The notes under the pieces: model-generated
What the model was told of the DNA's origin: nothing
The model's database searches: none
What the model saw: only the letters and a program-made list of their open reading frames with translations
Translations under genes and position numbers: made by a program
Assembly (NCBI GenBank): GCA_038870635.1
Contig: JAVZJR010000001.1
Location: 106,797 to 170,796 of the forward strand
Reading direction: 5' to 3'
Origin: Candidatus Bilamarchaeaceae archaeon
Lineage (GTDB): Archaea > Micrarchaeota > Micrarchaeia > Anstonellales > Bilamarchaeaceae
Length of the DNA: 64,000 nucleotides
In this document: piece after piece, positions 20,260 through 29,527 of the stretch
Numbering within the stretch: position 1 is the stretch's first letter
Layout: the number at the start of each line of letters is the position of its first letter

Positions 20260-21987
20260 ATGGATAGTAAATTTTTGATCTTACTAGTACTTTTCCTTAT
20301 AGTTGGAGCCAGTATAATAAATTGGGGGACTTATGCTGGCATAATTCTAATATTTGCCATAATTGTTTTTGGCGGTCTGTCCCTATTCTGGAAGGAAAAA
20401 AACATAAAAATAGCAGGTTTGGTTTTTATACTTTTACTATCGCTTGTGAACATAGGTGTGAATGGGCTCAAATTTGGTATTGACTTTAAAGGTGGAACAA
20501 GGATTCCAGTAATTTTAGAAAGGTCAGTTGACGATCAAACGATGACAAAGATGGTATCTATAATAAAAGAGAGAGCCGGTGCTTTTGGGCTATCTGAAGT
20601 AAAAGTAAGGGCAGTAGGAAACAACCAAATAGATGTAGAAATACCCAGCAGCGACGAACAGAGAATAAAAACTATAGAAGATGTTCTATCTCACAAAGGC
20701 GTATACTGGGGCGTTATAGATGGAAGAATAGCGATAAGCGGTGACCACATATTCTCTAAATCCATCGGTGCCATGGATCAACAATCCTTATTAAGAAGCG
20801 GCGCGGATTGGGGAATAAGTTTTATGGTTGACCGCGAAGGCGCAGAGATGTTTGCAAGAGCAGCAAAAGGCAAAGGAGATTATCCTGTTTATATGTTTTT
20901 AGATAGACCAAATGACGCAGATATATTTTACACTAGAGCGGAAATACGCGCAGTGATGCTTGGCGACAGCGGAGAAAAAGAAACTATTACTTCTTTAAAG
21001 AATGCTCTAAAATTAAATGATGGTAGCACTATTGGAGTATATATACTTGACGATGTTCTAAATTCTACCAACATTACAATTGGGCCTCGAACTAACAATA
21101 CGATTGCCATTGTGAGTAAGAATGCATCGGTGGAATATAAACAAAAACTTGAAGAATTAGGTTATAAGGTGAAAGAAACAGAATGGGAAACAATGAAACC
21201 TGATTTCATAAGAACAACAACAGGGGTTCTTGTTGTAGAAAAACTCGAAGCAGTTGGGCTTTTATCTGCTCCAATATTAAATCCTGATCTTGGTGCAGGC
21301 ACACCTGCTTACAACTTTGCCATAACAGGAAGTCTCGGAAACGTAACAGGTGCTCAAAAAGCTCTTTTAGCAAGAGAAAAAATGCAGTACATGGAATCGA
21401 TATTAAAGGGTGGTTCCCTCCCAGTAGGAATATCATTAGGTTCACGCACTACTGTCCCACCAACGTTGGGTGAACAATTCTTAAACCTCAGTATGATAAG
21501 TATTGCTATATCGCTCATAGTAATATCTTTATTAATAGGTTTGCGTTATAGAAATATAAAAGCGACTCTCCCAATAGTAGCAATTAGCCTTACTGAATTT
21601 GCAATATTAATATCAGTGCTGGGTTCTTTCACAATAGATTTGGCTGCGATAGCAGGTATTCTCGCCGCAATCGGCGTAGGTGTAGATGCCCAAATAGTTA
21701 TAACAGACGAACTGCTCAAGAAAGATAAAAGAGAAACAGAAGAGAAAATAGGCTATGCCTTTGAAATAATAAAAACAAACGTCATCGTAGCATCATTGTC
21801 AATGCTACCACTTTTATTCTCAAAAATAATATCTGGCGTAATTGTTGTCGAGATTATTGGATTTGCAATATCGACAATACTCGGCGCACTACTTGGTTAT
21901 CTTCTTTCAAGACCTGCCTACGCTGTAATAGTGGAATACATAATAGAAAGGAATGAGAAGGAAGAAAATAAAAGTTCAGCTAAATAA
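20260..21987 (+). CDS. secD: Protein-export membrane protein SecD
   Basis: GIDFKGGT, LKGGSLPV, PTLG, AIGVGVDAQIVITDE. Confidence 0.9.
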   Translation: MDSKFLILLVLFLIVGASIINWGTYAGIILIFAIIVFGGLSLFWKEKNIKIAGLVFILLLSLVNIGVNGLKFGIDFKGGTRIPVILERSVDDQTMTKMVSIIKERAGAFGLSEVKVRAVGNNQIDVEIPSSDEQRIKTIEDVLSHKGVYWGVIDGRIAISGDHIFSKSIGAMDQQSLLRSGADWGISFMVDREGAEMFARAAKGKGDYPVYMFLDRPNDADIFYTRAEIRAVMLGDSGEKETITSLKNALKLNDGSTIGVYILDDVLNSTNITIGPRTNNTIAIVSKNASVEYKQKLEELGYKVKETEWETMKPDFIRTTTGVLVVEKLEAVGLLSAPILNPDLGAGTPAYNFAITGSLGNVTGAQKALLAREKMQYMESILKGGSLPVGISLGSRTTVPPTLGEQFLNLSMISIAISLIVISLLIGLRYRNIKATLPIVAISLTEFAILISVLGSFTIDLAAIAGILAAIGVGVDAQIVITDELLKKDKRETEEKIGYAFEIIKTNVIVASLSMLPLLFSKIISGVIVVEIIGFAISTILGALLGYLLSRPAYAVIVEYIIERNEKEENKSSAK

Positions 21988-21991
21988 AAAA

Positions 21992-22723
21992 TTAACCATA
22001 CATACTTCCACCAGCGCTCTCTTCTACAGTGGCACCGCGCTTTGATACTTTTGACTTTATAAGTGCTTCCTTTGTTCCTTTTGCTTCTTTATCTAAACGA
22101 GCGGTGCTTATTTCGACGTTTAAGATTTTTGCCAAAGCTTTTAGAACGCGCGATGCTGCATCAGCATCAAGATATTCGTCAGAGGATTCAGCAAGGAGAG
22201 TGATAATTGGAAATTTTTCAAGAGCGCCTTTAGTCAATAACAAACCAGTTACTCCTGTTGTTGCACCCTCTCTAATCGGTTTAGCAATGCGTTTCTCAGT
22301 TATATCTTTTGTCATCTCTTTATTGCTCGCGATAACATAAACTTCGGTTTTACCTTCTTTTAATGAAATGCCACCGATACTTATTATTTTATTGCATTTT
22401 AAAGATTTGGCAAAATCGAATATAGCATCAGCAAGGGGCGCAGCTAAAACAACAGGGACGGACATTTCAGAAAGAACAAGAATAAGATTATACTTCTCAG
22501 AATAGTGAATGCGGGCCGCAGGCATAGGTGTATAATCATGAATGGCTGCAAGTGGCGCAAATTCTTCGCTCTCTATATAACCGCCAAAATCAAGTTTGAG
22601 CACGTCTATTAAATGAGAAGCAGCGACACTTCCTACAAGGCCAGTGCCTGGAAAACCTACAATTACAGTAGGGTTCTTAAGATTACTAAAGTTTGCCATT
22701 TTCTTAATCTCTACGATTGCCAT
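21992..22723 (-). CDS. Proteasome assembly chaperone (PAC2/PbaA-B family)
   Basis: GFPGTGLVGSVAA, ISIGG, C-terminal MYG (HbYX motif). Confidence 0.9.
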   Translation of the reverse strand: MAIVEIKKMANFSNLKNPTVIVGFPGTGLVGSVAASHLIDVLKLDFGGYIESEEFAPLAAIHDYTPMPAARIHYSEKYNLILVLSEMSVPVVLAAPLADAIFDFAKSLKCNKIISIGGISLKEGKTEVYVIASNKEMTKDITEKRIAKPIREGATTGVTGLLLTKGALEKFPIITLLAESSDEYLDADAASRVLKALAKILNVEISTARLDKEAKGTKEALIKSKVSKRGATVEESAGGSMYG

Positions 22724-22815
22724 AAGATAATTCCTTCACTTGCATTTAAAACATTTTTGTTTTTTGTTAAAAGTAAATATTTAATATTTAACTTGGTAAA
22801 TTGAGAGGCGAGGAA

Positions 22816-23730
22816 ATGAAACTAATTGAAAAGAATAACAAATATAGAATTTATGAGGTAAAAAAGAAAGGCTTACCAAAAAACACCTATATTGTATGTT
22901 CAAATGATACACGTTCGATACTATATAATCCACAAATTGCAGGAAAAAAATTACACGACAGGATGGAGAGGGTAAGCAAAATATTTATTGACTTAATAAG
23001 AAAAAAAGCATTAGACAAAAACGATAAAGAAAATGTTGTTGAATTTGTGCTTTTGAGCGGTGGGTTATATTATAGGTTAGCTGACAGTTTTAGAAAGTTG
23101 TGTGGTTATGCACTACCTCAATGCTTTCTTGGAATAAAAAGACAGAGAGTAGAGGGAACTGAGGGCTCATTTCAGGCAGTTTCAACATATGAGAATTTTG
23201 AAGCATTGCCTAAAAAGGCGGTGGTCATTGTAGGGGATACGATAGCAACAGGAGCGACTATGATTAGGGCGCTACACGATCTTGAAAGAGCTGCAGAAGA
23301 AAACAAAGGAAAAATAAAAAAACTCATAGTGTGCTCGCTTGCCTGTTCAACAGATGGTGCAAGAAAACTAAAAGATGTTGAAGAAAAATTCAGGAAAAAA
23401 AATAAAGAGTTTAAGCTATACTTAATAGTTGCAGAGCAGTTATACCACCTTATGCCAGATGGCACTGATCTTCGATTTCTTTGGCCAGATAGTATAATGC
23501 CGGATGAAACAAAAGAGTATACACTAAAAAGATATGGCAAGAAACTTGGAAAAGAAATGAAATGTGCTGTTTTTGATTGGGGTACACGTTGCAAAAATCC
23601 AAAAAAGCATTATGAAGAATTTTTAGAATTTGCAGAGTTTGCATTAAAAAATTTAGATTTAGACAGCAAAGGCAAAAATGAAATAAAAAGAATGGTAGAT
23701 GAAGTAAAAAAAGAAATTAAAAACTATTAG
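22816..23730 (+). CDS. Divergent type I phosphoribosyltransferase (UPRT-like)
   Basis: PRPP-binding loop VVIVGDTIATGATM; DWGTR resembles the UPRT DAGDR motif. Confidence 0.65.
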   Translation: MKLIEKNNKYRIYEVKKKGLPKNTYIVCSNDTRSILYNPQIAGKKLHDRMERVSKIFIDLIRKKALDKNDKENVVEFVLLSGGLYYRLADSFRKLCGYALPQCFLGIKRQRVEGTEGSFQAVSTYENFEALPKKAVVIVGDTIATGATMIRALHDLERAAEENKGKIKKLIVCSLACSTDGARKLKDVEEKFRKKNKEFKLYLIVAEQLYHLMPDGTDLRFLWPDSIMPDETKEYTLKRYGKKLGKEMKCAVFDWGTRCKNPKKHYEEFLEFAEFALKNLDLDSKGKNEIKRMVDEVKKEIKNY

Positions 23731-24827
23731 ACGGAAGAGTCATCAAAGACATAGTCAAATGAAGAAAGAGCAATTCTTCCGAATACTTCTTTAGTTATCA
23801 AAAGTATTTTTTCTTCTGCTTCCTTCGCAGCTTTTTTCTCCTTTTCAGTCGTAGGGAATGATTTTCCAGGAATAGCGCCTATAACAGCAGATATTAAACC
23901 TGTTTTTATGCTTATCCCTTCGAGAGTAAACTTTTTTGCTAAAAAGTCTATGACTAATTGTTCCATTTCGGTACTAATGACACCGTATTTCTTATTTAAT
24001 TCAACGAATTCTTTCTCGCCCATTTCAGCATAGAGAGAGTCTTTTGTAAAATTAGGCCCAATAGCAAAAGAAATGTTGCGCAATTTTACAACTTTTTTAA
24101 ACTCACCAACCAATTCGTCAGAACATTTTGTAATCAAGTATTTTTTATCTTTAGTTAAAATAATATCTGAACTTTCAAAGTCGCCAGAAAGATCTGCTGC
24201 TTTTAAAAGCTCTTTTTTTGCATTCACCGCGCTTCTCCCAACAAAGTCAAGTATCCCAAGATAAGATTGAATTATTGCGCCAACAGCGCCAATATTAAAG
24301 TTCGCTATTGCGACGTCACCTATACTAACAGAAGGTATAAAAGGGTCATCACTATTTACTCCAGCACACGTTCCTGCACGTACAACATAGATGCTTTCTT
24401 TTCCATTTATAATTTTATTATTATAAGAGTACTGTCCTTGTCTTGTGAAATAAAGAAGCTCATGCATGTTTATTTGAGTGGCAGGACAGCCCATTTGTGT
24501 TTCCACTACAGAAATTGGAAAATCAATGCCCCCGGATTCTGCAATTCCAACAAGTATGCTAACTCGTCCATAAGCAGAAGTGCCAAATTTCTTAAGCGCG
24601 TATTCATCTATAAAAACAGAATCGCGAAGTTTAAGTATTTCTTTTGCTTTCATAACACGAACACGACTGCCAACGCAGATCATAAAAGGAGGGAGCATGC
24701 AGTGGTTTTCTCTTAGATAAGGTACATCTTTCCATTTTCCTAAATCGTAAAGATGACCGACTGCTGTATGCGTCCCTAGCGGTTTGAGTTTTTTCCTATC
24801 ATAAAGAGTTTTTTTCTGCTTTAACAT
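23727..24827 (-). CDS. Nucleoside phosphorylase (uridine phosphorylase-like, NP-I)
   Basis: VGSRVR, QMGCPA, VRAGTCAG, TKDSLY, STEME. Confidence 0.75.
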   Translation of the reverse strand: MLKQKKTLYDRKKLKPLGTHTAVGHLYDLGKWKDVPYLRENHCMLPPFMICVGSRVRVMKAKEILKLRDSVFIDEYALKKFGTSAYGRVSILVGIAESGGIDFPISVVETQMGCPATQINMHELLYFTRQGQYSYNNKIINGKESIYVVRAGTCAGVNSDDPFIPSVSIGDVAIANFNIGAVGAIIQSYLGILDFVGRSAVNAKKELLKAADLSGDFESSDIILTKDKKYLITKCSDELVGEFKKVVKLRNISFAIGPNFTKDSLYAEMGEKEFVELNKKYGVISTEMEQLVIDFLAKKFTLEGISIKTGLISAVIGAIPGKSFPTTEKEKKAAKEAEEKILLITKEVFGRIALSSFDYVFDDSSV

Positions 24828-24881
24828 AAAAAACCCCCTAATACAACGAAGATAATTATAATTACGAGTATTTAAAAACCA

Positions 24882-25652
24882 TTACATTTGGGATAAAACC
24901 TTTGGAAGTTGAAACACGGAATTTATAACAAAGTCTGCATTTGCTTTTTTTGCCTCGGCTTTTTTTACGAGACCGCTCAAAACAAGAGCACATTTTGTTC
25001 TGGCTTTTTTAGCAAGCGCAACGTCAGTAATTATAGAATCCCCAACTAGTAAAATATCATCTTTTCTCAATCCATTATCTTTAGTAAGCCAATCGAGCAT
25101 AAGAGTAGATGGCTTACCTATAAGCAATGGTTTTTTACCAGCAGCCGCCTCAACAGAAGCTACTATCGCACCGGCACCAGGCATTGTTCCGCTCTCGACA
25201 GGATATTCTGCATCTTTATTTGTTGCGATAAACGTCGCACCTTTTTTTATGAGATGATACGCTTTAGCGATTTTATCGTAAGAAACACTTCGGTCTAAAC
25301 TTACTATTACTGCTTTTGCTCGCTCGCTGTCAAAAATTAAGCCAAAAGATTCTATCTCCTCTATTGCGCTTTTTTCAGCAATAGCATAAAACCTTGTTCC
25401 TTTTCCGTAGTTCTCTAAAATATAACGCCCTGCGCCATAACAGCTGCTGTATATTTCGTTTATATTTGCTCTTATACCAAAAGATTGCAATTTTTTTAAG
25501 ATATCTTCTCTTTTGTTAGTACCAGAATTTGATAGGAAAAAGACAAGATAACCCATCTTTCTTATTTTTTCCACTGTCTCTTTAGCACCCTTAATTTCTC
25601 TTTCGCCTTTGTAGAGTGTGCCATCCAAGTCAAAAACAACTGCACGCAACAT
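24882..25652 (-). CDS. HAD-IIA (NagD-like) phosphatase
   Basis: DLDGT, LSNS, ATNKD, PGAGAI, GKP, VGDSIITD. Confidence 0.92.
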   Translation of the reverse strand: MLRAVVFDLDGTLYKGEREIKGAKETVEKIRKMGYLVFFLSNSGTNKREDILKKLQSFGIRANINEIYSSCYGAGRYILENYGKGTRFYAIAEKSAIEEIESFGLIFDSERAKAVIVSLDRSVSYDKIAKAYHLIKKGATFIATNKDAEYPVESGTMPGAGAIVASVEAAAGKKPLLIGKPSTLMLDWLTKDNGLRKDDILLVGDSIITDVALAKKARTKCALVLSGLVKKAEAKKANADFVINSVFQLPKVLSQM

Positions 25653-25691
25653 ACTACTCCTTTTTAATATTTAGGAGGGAGAAATAAAAAC

Positions 25692-26327
25692 ATGCGTGTT
25701 GTGTGTTTATTTTCCGGTGGTAAAGATAGCACTTATGCTGCGCAATGGGCAATGAAAAATGGTTATGAGGTTATTCTACTCAACGTCAGACCAGAGCCAT
25801 ATTCTATGATGTTTCATCATCAAAATGTCAAATGGACAGAAATGCAAGCAGAAGCTTTAGGGTTATCATATTCTTTTATCGAGGTAGATGAAAATAATTG
25901 GGAAAGAAAAATAAAAGAAAAAATAGAAAAACTAAAAATTGATGGGATAGTTAGCGGCGCAGTTGCAAGCAATTACCAAAAAGATAGGATAGACAAAATT
26001 GCAGAAGAACTTTCTATAAAAAGTTATGCACCGCTTTGGCATGCTACCGCAGAAGTTTTTGAAGAAATGGTAAATACAATGGAAATATACATAACAGGAG
26101 TTGCCGCAGAAGGGATGGGAAAAGAACTTCTTGGAAAAAGATTAACAGGAGATTTCAAGCATCCAAAATACGTGCATACTTTTTTTGAGGGCGGAGAAGC
26201 GGAAACATTTGTTGCTAATGCGCCCCTATTCAAAAAAAGAATAGTCATAGATGAATGGGAAATTAAATGGGATGGTGTGAGAGGTTCGGCTGAAATAAAA
26301 AAAGCATATTTTGAAAATAAGCTTTAA
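25692..26327 (+). CDS. Diphthine--ammonia ligase (Dph6 family PP-loop ATPase)
   Basis: SGGKDS, SMMFH, GAVASNYQ, APLW, EGGEAET. Confidence 0.88.
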   Translation: MRVVCLFSGGKDSTYAAQWAMKNGYEVILLNVRPEPYSMMFHHQNVKWTEMQAEALGLSYSFIEVDENNWERKIKEKIEKLKIDGIVSGAVASNYQKDRIDKIAEELSIKSYAPLWHATAEVFEEMVNTMEIYITGVAAEGMGKELLGKRLTGDFKHPKYVHTFFEGGEAETFVANAPLFKKRIVIDEWEIKWDGVRGSAEIKKAYFENKL

Positions 26328-27301
26328 GCGATTTTAGCTCGCTTCTCACCACAAGAGACAAAAACTCCTTTTTCATCTCTTACTTTGCCGACAACGCTTG
26401 CGTTTATATCATATTTTTTGGCAATGTTTATCACCGTATCTGCTCTATCCTCCGGCAGAATAATGCACATGCCAATACCCATATTAAATGTTTTAACCAT
26501 ATTCTCAAATTCAACGCTTTTTGATAATTCTTTAAATATACCTTCTGGCTTCGGCACTTCTATTTCATAACCAAACTCACTATTTAAGCGTGTTATCTTG
26601 GAGAACGCACCACCAGTTATGTGCGCTATTCCATGGATATCACAGACATCTATCATCTCTAAAACAGCGTTAACGTATATTCTCGTGGGTTTAAGCATTT
26701 CCTCTAGCCATTCTTTACCTTTTAACAGCTTTCGCGCAAGGGTATAGCCATTACTGTGTAGACCACTACTCTCTAAACCAACAATCACGTCACCACTAGA
26801 AATATCATTTCCATAAATCTGTTTTTTTATTCTTCCAACAACTGTAAAAGCAAGATCAAAAGGCCGGCTGCCACCTTTTATCACGTCTGGCATTATAGCA
26901 GTTTCACCACCAACTATCGCGCAATTGCTCTCTTCTGCACCAGCCACAAGACCTTTTGTTATTTCTTCTACTAGTTGTTCATCTTCTTTTGCAAGCGCAA
27001 GATAATCAACACCGACAAGAGGTTCCCCTCCAACGCAAAGTATATCGTTAACAGACATAGCAACTGCATCTATTCCCACAGTATCGTATTTTTCAAGTTC
27101 TTGCGCCACGAGTACTTTTGTGCCTACTCCATCTGTATGAATTACAAGTGTTTCTGATCCACACTTAAACAAACCGCCATAGTGACCAAAAAGTGGAAGA
27201 GGTTCGCCGAATCCCTTTCGGAATGGAAATGTTTTTTTTATACTCTCCCATATAGAACTCTGAATTTTCTTAACTTTTGGTATGTCGATTTGATATTCCA
27301 T
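26324..27301 (-). CDS. purM: Phosphoribosylformylglycinamidine cyclo-ligase (AIR synthetase)
   Basis: TDGVGTK, GIDAVAMSVND, GGETA, SSGLHSNGY, AHITGG, TFNMGIG; likely start ATG at 27301. Confidence 0.95.
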   Translation of the reverse strand: MEYQIDIPKVKKIQSSIWESIKKTFPFRKGFGEPLPLFGHYGGLFKCGSETLVIHTDGVGTKVLVAQELEKYDTVGIDAVAMSVNDILCVGGEPLVGVDYLALAKEDEQLVEEITKGLVAGAEESNCAIVGGETAIMPDVIKGGSRPFDLAFTVVGRIKKQIYGNDISSGDVIVGLESSGLHSNGYTLARKLLKGKEWLEEMLKPTRIYVNAVLEMIDVCDIHGIAHITGGAFSKITRLNSEFGYEIEVPKPEGIFKELSKSVEFENMVKTFNMGIGMCIILPEDRADTVINIAKKYDINASVVGKVRDEKGVFVSCGEKRAKIA

Positions 27302-27362
27302 GTCTTTTTTTGGAATACTAAAAATATTTAATAATGTTGTTTGTTTAATCATTTTGGTAATT

Positions 27363-27806
27363 ATGGTCTTTGGTTCGTTCGCAGAATTCGCAAAGAAAGT
27401 TATGGATGCTGCTAAAAAGGGCGGGCTGTCAGCAAGAGACTTAAAAAGATTGGAGAGACTTTTAGAAAAGGATGGAAAAAGAAATAAAATACTCGCAGCT
27501 GGACTAGTAGCCGCAATGAAAACGGGGGCTTCAGAAAAAGAGATAGAAAAACTTGGAAAACTTTTTGAAAAAGCAAGTGAGAGAATAGCGAATGGAAAAG
27601 CTCCATTTACAGATGCAGATGCACAAATACTCCGTTCAATGCTTGAAGGCGCGGGCATATCAAAAAAGACTAGTAAATGGGTATCAAAAAATATTGATGA
27701 GATGCTTGCTGCAGAAATAAAAGAGTTTATCACTGGAAAAAAAATAAGTAGAGTTGTTATACCAAAGAAAAGCGAAGAAGAAAAGAAAACGCTTGCAGTG
27801 AGGTGA
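27363..27806 (+). CDS. Hypothetical protein
   Basis: ORF from MVFGSF, divergent from purM. Confidence 0.6.
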   Translation: MVFGSFAEFAKKVMDAAKKGGLSARDLKRLERLLEKDGKRNKILAAGLVAAMKTGASEKEIEKLGKLFEKASERIANGKAPFTDADAQILRSMLEGAGISKKTSKWVSKNIDEMLAAEIKEFITGKKISRVVIPKKSEEEKKTLAVR

Positions 27807-27810
27807 AAGC

Positions 27811-28317
27811 TTGAAAATTAAGCTTACACCTGAACTTGCGTATCTCATAGGGCTTTGGAGAAAACGTCGTTCTTTTGAAGGGCTAGGAGTTCATGGTGAT
27901 CAAAAAATTCTAGAAACGTTCTCGAAAGAAGCACTAGAACAAAAACTCACAACGCCAGATAAACTTCTCACAAATGGAAAAAAAGTTTATTTTTACCATA
28001 CGGCGTATAAAAAATTTTTTAATCAAGTTGAAGAAGAACAACTCGAGAGGTTTAAATATCTAAATGAATACGCTGCCAATTATCTTGCTGGGCTTTTTGA
28101 TGCAGTAGGAGAAATAGATGAAAATGGCGTTGTTTCTCTATCAAAGCTAACTAATGAAGATGAGTTAATGCTATTAAGGTTAGGATTTAAAACAAAGAGA
28201 AAAAAAGAGAAATGTATAATAGAGAAACCACTCGTCTTTCTCTCATTTATAAAAAACTATGTCAAGATATCAAAAGAGAACAAAATATTTGAAATCGTGG
28301 AAAAAATAAAAAAATAG
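27811..28317 (+). CDS. Stand-alone degenerate LAGLIDADG-like protein
   Basis: LTPELAYLIGLW and YLAGLFDAVG helices. Confidence 0.65.
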   Translation: MKIKLTPELAYLIGLWRKRRSFEGLGVHGDQKILETFSKEALEQKLTTPDKLLTNGKKVYFYHTAYKKFFNQVEEEQLERFKYLNEYAANYLAGLFDAVGEIDENGVVSLSKLTNEDELMLLRLGFKTKRKKEKCIIEKPLVFLSFIKNYVKISKENKIFEIVEKIKK

Positions 28318-28319
28318 CG

Positions 28320-28433
28320 CTAAAGCTCTCCTACTCTTCTTTTCATTTTTCTCTTGAGTCTCTTTCTCTTCTTCTTTACCCACTTCCAGCGCATTCTGTT
28401 TTTTTTCTTCCACTTTCTTGGCTTTGCACCCAT
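28320..28433 (-). CDS. rpl41e: Ribosomal protein eL41 (eS32), 37 aa
   Basis: Manual translation MGAKPRKWKKKNRMRWKWVKKKRKRLKRKMKRRVGEL matches the archaeal L41e pattern. Confidence 0.9.
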   Translation of the reverse strand: MGAKPRKWKKKNRMRWKWVKKKRKRLKRKMKRRVGEL

Positions 28434-28519
28434 CACTATCCCTCAAAGTAAATAAACTAAAGAACAACTATGATTAGTTAAGTAAGATTTTAAAATGCAT
28501 TGAAGGCAGGTAATAATTA

Positions 28520-28684
28520 CTAACAACCAACGAAGCCTTCCAGGTTATCTACCATTGGCTGTTTTTTTGCGATTTCGTTTTTTTTGCTCAGAGATTTGCT
28601 AATCTCTTCTAATCTGCCGTTTTCGCTGGAGCCAAGACTCCTAGCTATCTCGTCTTTTTTTAAAATTTTTTTTAAATCAACCAA
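28520..28684 (-). CDS. Small hypothetical protein (~54 aa)
   Basis: TTG start after a GGTGGTG RBS; fills the intergenic gap. Confidence 0.4.
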   Translation of the reverse strand: MVDLKKILKKDEIARSLGSSENGRLEEISKSLSKKNEIAKKQPMVDNLEGFVGC

Positions 28685-28787
28685 AAACACCACCTTAGTA
28701 TTCTTCAATGTATATTTTTATACATTATTGATTTATAATATACGTTATAGTAGAAATATTTAAAAAGCTTGTGGAAGAAGAAAAATC

Positions 28788-29291
28788 ATGTGGGAGAAGA
28801 TTAGTAAAAAGTTTAGTGATTACCCGGCAAGAGAAGCAGTAGCCAAAAAGATGATAGAATATGGATTAAGAATTGGAAACAAGGGAAAAATATTTTGTGG
28901 TGATATCGAAATAAAAGATAGCGCCCTTGCGAAAAGTGTTGGAGTTGATAGAAGAGCAGTTCGAACAACTATAGATGCAATAAGAAAAGATGATGAGCTA
29001 AAAATATTATTTGCAAACATATTGCCTGCAGGTGCATTGTTGAAAAATGTAGCAAAAGAATTAGGTTATGGTGCTGTTGAGATAGAAGCAGATGCTAAAA
29101 AACCTGGCATATTGGCGGCATGTGCAACTCTTTTAGCAAAAAGACAAATAAGTATAAAACAAGCACATGCTGATGACCCTGCACTTGTTGAAAAACCAAA
29201 ATTAACTATAATAACAGAGAAAAAAATACCTGGTGAAATAATAAATGAATTTTTAAAAATAGATGGAGTGAAAAAAGTTTCAATAATTTAA
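28788..29291 (+). CDS. Archaeal ACT-domain regulator (COG2150-like)
   Basis: GLRI...IFCG.IEI, GVDRRAV, KPGIL, C-terminal ACT fold. Confidence 0.85.
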   Translation: MWEKISKKFSDYPAREAVAKKMIEYGLRIGNKGKIFCGDIEIKDSALAKSVGVDRRAVRTTIDAIRKDDELKILFANILPAGALLKNVAKELGYGAVEIEADAKKPGILAACATLLAKRQISIKQAHADDPALVEKPKLTIITEKKIPGEIINEFLKIDGVKKVSII

Positions 29292-29525
29292 TTACTTTTT
29301 TTTCTCCGTGATGAGGATTCCGTCTATTATGCCATAGGCGTAATTTGCCGCGCCAAAACTGCTAAAGTAATCCCCTTTTTGGTAAAAATGCATCGCATCG
29401 TGTAAATAATTTTTTGCCCAAGTGTAAGCATCAGCATATTTTTTATTAAGACCTAAATTCTCAAAGAGCAAAAGAATCTCTTTTAACTTTTCAACATCTT
29501 TCAGTGCGCGTTCCTTAAAATCCAT
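29292..29525 (-). CDS. DUF357 family protein
   Basis: AKNYLHDAMHF..KGDYFSSFGAANYAYGIIDG. Confidence 0.85.
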   Translation of the reverse strand: MDFKERALKDVEKLKEILLLFENLGLNKKYADAYTWAKNYLHDAMHFYQKGDYFSSFGAANYAYGIIDGILITEKKK

Positions 29526-29527
29526 AA

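Noticed and set aside
27302..27733. Long N-terminal extension of the PurM ORF in the track (469 aa)
   Set aside because: It is the antisense shadow of the plus-strand gene at 27363-27806; PurM similarity starts near the ATG at 27301
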